A stretch of 64,000 bases of DNA from Hyaloraphidium curvatum SAG 235-1 (lineage: Eukaryota; Fungi; Monoblepharomycota): the NCBI GenBank assembly GCA_025558095.1, contig JAIVFI010000005.1, positions 873,393 through 937,392 on the forward strand, given 5' to 3'. Under the pieces are notes generated by a model that was given only the letters and a program-made list of their open reading frames with translations, ran no database searches and was not told the origin of the DNA. Below, one piece after another: positions 59,281 through 64,000 of the stretch (position 1 is its first letter; every line of letters begins with the position of its first letter). A program made the translations under genes and the position numbers.

Positions 59281-60740
59281 TCAACCCCGTCCGTCCTTCC
59301 TGGCGCCGTCCTCAGAGCCCTTCCCGCCGCCATTCCCCTTCCCGGACCCCGAACCGCCCGTCCCGCGGCCCTCGGCCCGCCGAGCCTTCTTGGCCGCCTT
59401 GAGCAGCGCCGCCATCTCCGCCACCCCCGCCTTCTCCGGCACCGCGTACCCGTTCCTCGCCAAGCACACCCTCGCGTTCTCCCGTATCGTCCCTAGCTGC
59501 GCGTCGGAAAGGGTGCACGCGGGGTGCAGCACCGCGAGCACCACCACCATCCCCGGATCCGGCGGCCGCACCCCCACAAGCGCGAGGTCCCGCAACCCCG
59601 GCGGCATCGCATCGGCGCGCAGCGGCTCGCCGTCCAGCAGCGCGCACGACGGCGCGACCACCGCGCCCGCCTCGGCCCGGCGCCCGAGGGCGTGCGCGAG
59701 CGCGGTCCAGATCCTCGATGCAGGGGAGGCGCGGGCGGCGGCGGCGATCGCGCCGGCGGGCTTTATCCCGTCGTACCCCGCGGGCTCCGAGTGCGCGTCC
59801 GCGCAGAGGAGGTGCCCGCAGGTGGCCTCGTCCGGCTCGCAGTCGGCCTCTTCCATGCATCTCGCGGAGGACCCCGCGGACGGCGGGCCACTGCCCCGCG
59901 CGGCCGTGGAACGCGACGAGCTGGTCGAACAGCGCGTGGTCCGGCAGGGTGCCCGAGCGCCGCAGCGCCGCGACGATGCCCGCGCCGAGGGCCGCGTCGC
60001 CGCGCGCGTTGGCGTGCTCCAAGAGGGCGGCAAAGTGCGAGCTGTTGGCGACCCTCGTGGAGCACCCTGAGGAAGGCCGAGTAGTTGCCGCGCCGCGCGG
60101 CATTCCCCAGCAGCGCCGCCAGGTGGTACTCGTTGATCTTTTCGACGCCGCACTCGGAACGCAGGCAATCCATCATTGAGCGGCAGCTGGCGTAGGAGCT
60201 GCGGGGGCGGTCAGCGGCCATTGCGGGACGGGGGCGCAATAGGTCCACCTCAGCCCGTCCCGGCTCGCCCGGATCAGGTGCCCGACGAGGCTGTCCGGTG
60301 TGGCGATCCCGGCGTCGAAACCGTCCACCAGCAACCCGCCGCAGCCTGCCGGCGGCCTCGTCCAAGAGCCCGCGGACGCGCTCTTCGTTCGGGGCGCTCC
60401 GCAACCACGCGTTCTTCGCCAGTTCCTTTTGCTGCCTCTGCGCGTGCGCAACCGCGTGCGCCGCGATGCGGGCCATCGTGTCAGCGTCGAGGCCGTCGGC
60501 GGACCCGAGCGCCTCGTAGGCGCCCCACACACGCCCGGCAGCGTCTCCCTGCGCGTACTTCCTCGCGTCCGCCTGCGCCAGCACGTCCAGCAGCCGCGCC
60601 CGGGCGTCGGCACGCGGCGGTGCGTCATCGCTAAAGCAGCGCGTCCGCGGCAGGGCGCCGCGCCGCGTCTCGGCCGGCCGGGTTCCGCGCCCGAGAAAAC
60701 CGACATCGCCGCAGTCCAGGGTGGGCGCAGACGGTCGCAC
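59281..60740 (-). pseudogene. Pentatricopeptide-repeat gene with about 3 apparent frameshifts and no ATG
   Basis: PPR-like segments in different frames: NEYHLAALLGNAARRGN; NSSHFAALLEHANARGD; PDHALFDQLVAFHGRAGQWPAVRGVLREM; EPDEATCGHLL. Confidence 0.6.
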
Positions 60741-60836
60741 GGAGGACCCGAATGGAGATGCGGGCGGATCGCGTTGTTTCGGGATTGTTTACCGACGCGC
60801 CCGAGCTGGCCTGCCCTCGCCCGGGCAGTCCTCCCG

Positions 60837-62321
60837 ATGGATACAGATACTGCCCTAGAAATGGGGGCGGTGGATAAGGATAACGGCGCCAATCTTCTGA
60901 GGTTAGGCCTGGGCACGCCTGAGCTCCTCGCGCTGCTCCCCGCGCCGACCTCGCCGCGGCCCGGCCCGGCGCCCCCGCTGCGCGAACTTGTGCCGACCGA
61001 GGCCGACCCCGTCGAGGCCGCGCGCGCGGCAGACCCGATGACGCGGCCGCGCCTTCTGCGGGGGCTGCCGCCGCTGTTGCGGGCGATTTGTTCGCTGCAG
61101 CGCCTGCCGGACCCGAACCGGATGCCGGTCACGCGCACCCTGACGTACTTTGCGCCGGAGGTGGCGCTGGCCGGCGCCACGTGGGCACCGGCAATAGCAT
61201 CGGGCGCGTTCGACACCCGGGGGGCCGCGGTGGGCCTCGCGGCGCAGCTGGCTCTGATCGTGGGGTACCACGCCGCGTTCCTATTCGAGGGGACATCCGC
61301 GTGGGATAAGCCGGCCACCGAGGACGGCAGCACGTTCGCCGCACTGGTCCGCTGGAAAGAACTGTGCGCAGAGGGGGGCTCGGCCCTAGTGAGGCACGAC
61401 GAGGACGACCGCTGGTGCCCGTGCGACCGCGCGTCGTGCGCAGGCGCGCTGCCAGCCCGCAGCTCCGCGTTGCAGGTCGTGCGCCCTGCCCTCCTCGTCG
61501 CCCTCGCGCTGCTTGCCTACCCCGTGTTCTTCTGGTGGACCCCCATCGTGTTCCTCGCGGACCGGACGTGGGCCGTGCCGTGGATCGCTTTCCTAATGGT
61601 CGCGGTCCTTGTCGCAAACTTGGTCTACGTCCTCGTCATCGGGCCGAGCGTCTCCGTCGACCCGTACCTCCTAGGCCTCGACACCAGGCTCGAGCAGCGC
61701 GCCATCAAGCTTGCCCTTGCCGACCTCGTCAAGGCTTGCGTGCTCCCGATCGCGGGCGACGTACCGGCCCGCGAGGACCCGGCCAGCGACGCGCCCCCCG
61801 CGGACTGCTACATCTCCATGCACGGCATGCTCGCGCCGAAATGGCGCACCCGCGTCGCCGCCAACGAATCCTGGCTCCTCCTGGAGCTGCTGACCGGCGC
61901 CGCCGACGTGCTCGCCCTCGCCTTCCTCCTCCTGGCCTCGGGCTGCGCCACCGCCTGGGCCGTCGCCAGCCTCGCCTGGCACCTCCTCGACCTCTTCTAC
62001 GTCCTCTCGACCGCCGCGGCCGCCAACGCCGGCGTCACCCGCTGCACGGACCTGTACTCCCTCGCCGCATCCGACGTCCGCCTCGCCCACGCCCGCGCGG
62101 GGGTGCGCGCACCCGGGTGGGTGCTCTCGCACCTGGACGCCCTGGACGGGTTCTCCCGTGCCGGCGGGACGGACCACGCCCGCGTGTTCGGGGTGCCTGT
62201 GACGTACGGTGCAGTGAGGGGGGCCGCGGCGACGCTGGCGACGGTGGCGCTGGGGCTGTTTGGGATTCTCAGGGGGGCGGGGGCGAGGGCGACGCTGCAG
62301 AGCTGGTGCCCCGCGCCGTGA
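60837..62321 (+). CDS. Multi-pass membrane protein, gustatory-receptor-like/7TMIC-type; paralogue of 20227-21747; last gene before the telomere
   Basis: WCPCDRASC loop, WTPIV, C-terminal ARVFGVPVTYGAVRGAAATLATVALGLFGILR...LQSWCP; intronless. Confidence 0.6.
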   Translation: MDTDTALEMGAVDKDNGANLLRLGLGTPELLALLPAPTSPRPGPAPPLRELVPTEADPVEAARAADPMTRPRLLRGLPPLLRAICSLQRLPDPNRMPVTRTLTYFAPEVALAGATWAPAIASGAFDTRGAAVGLAAQLALIVGYHAAFLFEGTSAWDKPATEDGSTFAALVRWKELCAEGGSALVRHDEDDRWCPCDRASCAGALPARSSALQVVRPALLVALALLAYPVFFWWTPIVFLADRTWAVPWIAFLMVAVLVANLVYVLVIGPSVSVDPYLLGLDTRLEQRAIKLALADLVKACVLPIAGDVPAREDPASDAPPADCYISMHGMLAPKWRTRVAANESWLLLELLTGAADVLALAFLLLASGCATAWAVASLAWHLLDLFYVLSTAAAANAGVTRCTDLYSLAASDVRLAHARAGVRAPGWVLSHLDALDGFSRAGGTDHARVFGVPVTYGAVRGAAATLATVALGLFGILRGAGARATLQSWCPAP

Positions 62322-62356
62322 GCCGCGAACTGGCGCCGTCGGTGGAGGTTCCGGGA

Positions 62357-62606
62357 CCCGCCCGCTCCGTCCGCCCGGATGCAAACTCCTCTCCGTGCTC
62401 CGACCTCCGTCGCAGGCATGCCAACCGGCAAGATAGCTTTTTTCTTGCCTAGCATTTTGTACGTCACTCGCACTTCTCAGCGATGGCATGACGGCGCCTT
62501 CGCGAGGTCAGCCCCGCCCGCCCTGTCCACCCGGATGCGAATTCCTCTGCCGTGCTCCGACCTCCGTCGCCGGCATGCCAACCGGCAAAATGGCTTTTAC
62601 CTTGCC
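62357..62606. repeat. Two ~93-bp imperfect direct repeats (62357-62449 and 62513-62606)
   Basis: Shared core ccgtgctccgacctccgtcgc(a/c)ggcatgccaaccggcaa with similar flanks; ~157-bp period. Confidence 0.85.
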
Positions 62607-62688
62607 CCGCATGTTCTGCCCCTATACTGTTTCCCGGACGATTTACGCCGTTCGGAGGCCTCTCAATCGCTCTCAAAATGCCTTGAGA

Positions 62689-62914
62689 TGTCAGGAGAGG
62701 CCGTGGGAGGCCGGTCCTGGCCTGCGGGATCGGGAGAACGGGGAGACGGGGTACGGGGGCTTGTAACTCTATCCGAACGTTCGGGTTGTACAGGCAAAGA
62801 TCTATCGGTTTATATAGTCCGGTCCGCACAAGCGGGAGGCGTAGGTGCGTGTGGCGTAGCCAGGAAGAGTCCGGGAAAGCCTCAGAACCTTCCAGGGTGG
62901 CGTAGTCCCTGACA
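62689..62914 (-). repeat. 3' LTR, 226 bp
   Basis: TG...CA ends with a 7-bp inverted repeat; begins immediately after the PPT and pol stop codon; TATATAAA on the minus strand at 62809-62816. Confidence 0.85.
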
Positions 62915-63835
62915 TTATCTCCCCCTTCGCGGCGCTCGTCCGCGAGCGCGCCGCATGGTCTGAGGTCCGGGCTTGTCGGGGTACTTGGCATGGAAGTCGC
63001 GCACGGCGTCGGGCGCGTTGGAAACGTTCTCAGCAGGTTCCCACGAGCGCTCCGAGACGTCGTAGCCAAGCCAGTCGACGAGGTAGAAGAGCTTGTTGTA
63101 GTGCAACTTGGAATCGAGGATCTCCTTGACCTCGAACTCGAGCTCGTTGTCAACCGCGACAGGAGGCAGCGGAGGCTGCTTGCGATCGGGCGACGGATCC
63201 GCGTGGTAGGGCTCGAGGATCGAGACGTGAAAGACGGGGTGAATCTTGAGCTGTTTCGGCAGGTTGAGCTTGAAGACGACGGGGCTAAGCGCGGCCTCAA
63301 TCGGGAACGGGCCAAGGCGCTTGAAGTCGAGCTTGTCCGAGGGCCGCGTCGTCTTGACGTTGCGGCGGAGGAGCCACACCTTGTCGCCGACCTTGAAGTC
63401 CGGCGCAGGGAGGCGGTGCTGGTTCGCGTACTTGACTTGGAGTTCTTGGGCGTGCTCAAGCTCGATCTGCGCTTCCGCAGAGATCTCGGCGAGATGACGG
63501 GTAAAGTCCTCGGCGGCGGGTGCCTTGGTGGGCTCTCGACGCGGGAGGAAGTCGAAACGGGGGTGGAAGCCGTAGTTGAGGAAGTAGGGCGAGGATCCGG
63601 AGGCGACCGAGCGCGAATTGTTGATCGCGACCTCGCAGAACGGCAGGAGGTCGGCCCAGTCGTCTTGGTGATACGAGATGAAGTTCCTAAGGTAGGCTTC
63701 GATTGTCTGGTTCTTGTTCTCCGGCATGCCGTCGGTCTGCGGGTGAAAAGCCGTCGACATGTTGAGACGGGTTCCGAGGGTCTTATGGAGCTCTTGCCAG
63801 AAGTGGGTGACGAACTTGGGGTCACGGTCCGACAC
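62915..63835 (-). CDS. pol: Pol C-terminus: integrase core from the second Asp, GPF/Y module, chromodomain; 5' part replaced by telomere
   Basis: VSDRDPKF, STAFHPQTDG..E, KLDFKRLGPF, IHPVFHVS, FEVKEILDS...YLVDWLGY...SWEP; no internal stops. Confidence 0.92.
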   Translation of the reverse strand: MSDRDPKFVTHFWQELHKTLGTRLNMSTAFHPQTDGMPENKNQTIEAYLRNFISYHQDDWADLLPFCEVAINNSRSVASGSSPYFLNYGFHPRFDFLPRREPTKAPAAEDFTRHLAEISAEAQIELEHAQELQVKYANQHRLPAPDFKVGDKVWLLRRNVKTTRPSDKLDFKRLGPFPIEAALSPVVFKLNLPKQLKIHPVFHVSILEPYHADPSPDRKQPPLPPVAVDNELEFEVKEILDSKLHYNKLFYLVDWLGYDVSERSWEPAENVSNAPDAVRDFHAKYPDKPGPQTMRRARGRAPRRGR

Positions 63836-63836
63836 G

Positions 63837-64000
63837 TTAGGGTTAGGTTAGGGTTTAGGTTAGGTTAGGTTAGGTTAGGTTAGGTTAGGTTAGGTTAGGT
63901 TAGGTTAGGTTAGGTTAGGTTAGGTTAGGTTAGGTTAGGTTAGGTTAGGTTAGGTTAGGTTAGGTTAGGTTAGGTTAGGTTAGGTTAGGTTAGGTTAGGT
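63837..64000 (+). repeat. Telomeric array: TTAGGG-TTAGG-TTAGGG-TTTAGG then (TTAGG)28 to the window end
   Basis: G-rich strand runs 5'->3' toward the sequence end, as expected for a telomere. Confidence 0.95.

Larger units (their letters stand above)
62689..63836 (-). mobile_element. 5'-truncated Ty3/gypsy chromovirus LTR retrotransposon (partial integrase, chromodomain, PPT, 3' LTR)
   Basis: Integrase ORF 62915-63835; PPT gaagggggaga (minus strand, 62918-62928); LTR with TGTCAGG...CCTGACA termini. Confidence 0.93.

Noticed and set aside
1-64000. Bacterial (actinobacterial-like) origin suggested by GC content and bacterial-like enzymes
   Set aside because: Spliceosomal introns, a Zn2Cys6 TF, F-box genes, a chromovirus and a telomere show eukaryotic DNA.
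62915-64000. HeT-A/TART- or SART/TRAS-like telomere-maintaining retroelement
   Set aside because: The element is an LTR chromovirus with no poly(A) junction and no telomeric repeats on its proximal side; a single truncated copy.
1-64000. tRNA, rRNA or snRNA genes
   Set aside because: None recognised by eye in the intergenic stretches. tRNAscan-SE or Infernal would be needed to exclude them.

Overview
GC-rich (~70%) eukaryotic DNA with short (~45-110 nt) GT-AG introns and CTGAC/CTCAC-type branch sites. A Zn(II)2Cys6 transcription factor and a chromodomain Ty3/gypsy element point to a fungus. The iGluR-like, FeSOD and GR-like genes suggest an early-diverging, chytrid-grade lineage, though the species cannot be determined here. 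The window is the terminal 64 kb of a chromosome arm. It ends in (TTAGG)n fused directly into the integrase of a chromovirus LTR retrotransposon, whose 3' LTR (62689-62914) and PPT are intact. About 30 genes or pseudogenes are recognisable after manual splicing; most long ORFs in the supplied track are antisense shadows. The strongest candidate for an undescribed system is an intronless fusion gene (29654-32017). It joins a bacterial-type ColD GDP-sugar 3-dehydratase to an FX/GDP-fucose-synthase-like reductase that has lost both epimerase residues (Cys->Val, His->Pro), and it lies beside a type II membrane glycosyltransferase-like gene. The inferred output is a GDP-linked 3,6-dideoxy-D-hexose (tyvelose-like) synthesis and transfer module. 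Other highlights: a five-copy modular secreted Cys-rich family; two genes each bracketed by long direct repeats; FeSOD head-to-head with a degenerate Cu/Zn-SOD-fold gene; an iGluR-like channel head-to-head with a PstS-fold receptor; and two gustatory-receptor-like paralogues. All family calls come from motif recognition by eye, with no database search, and exon boundaries are manual predictions.
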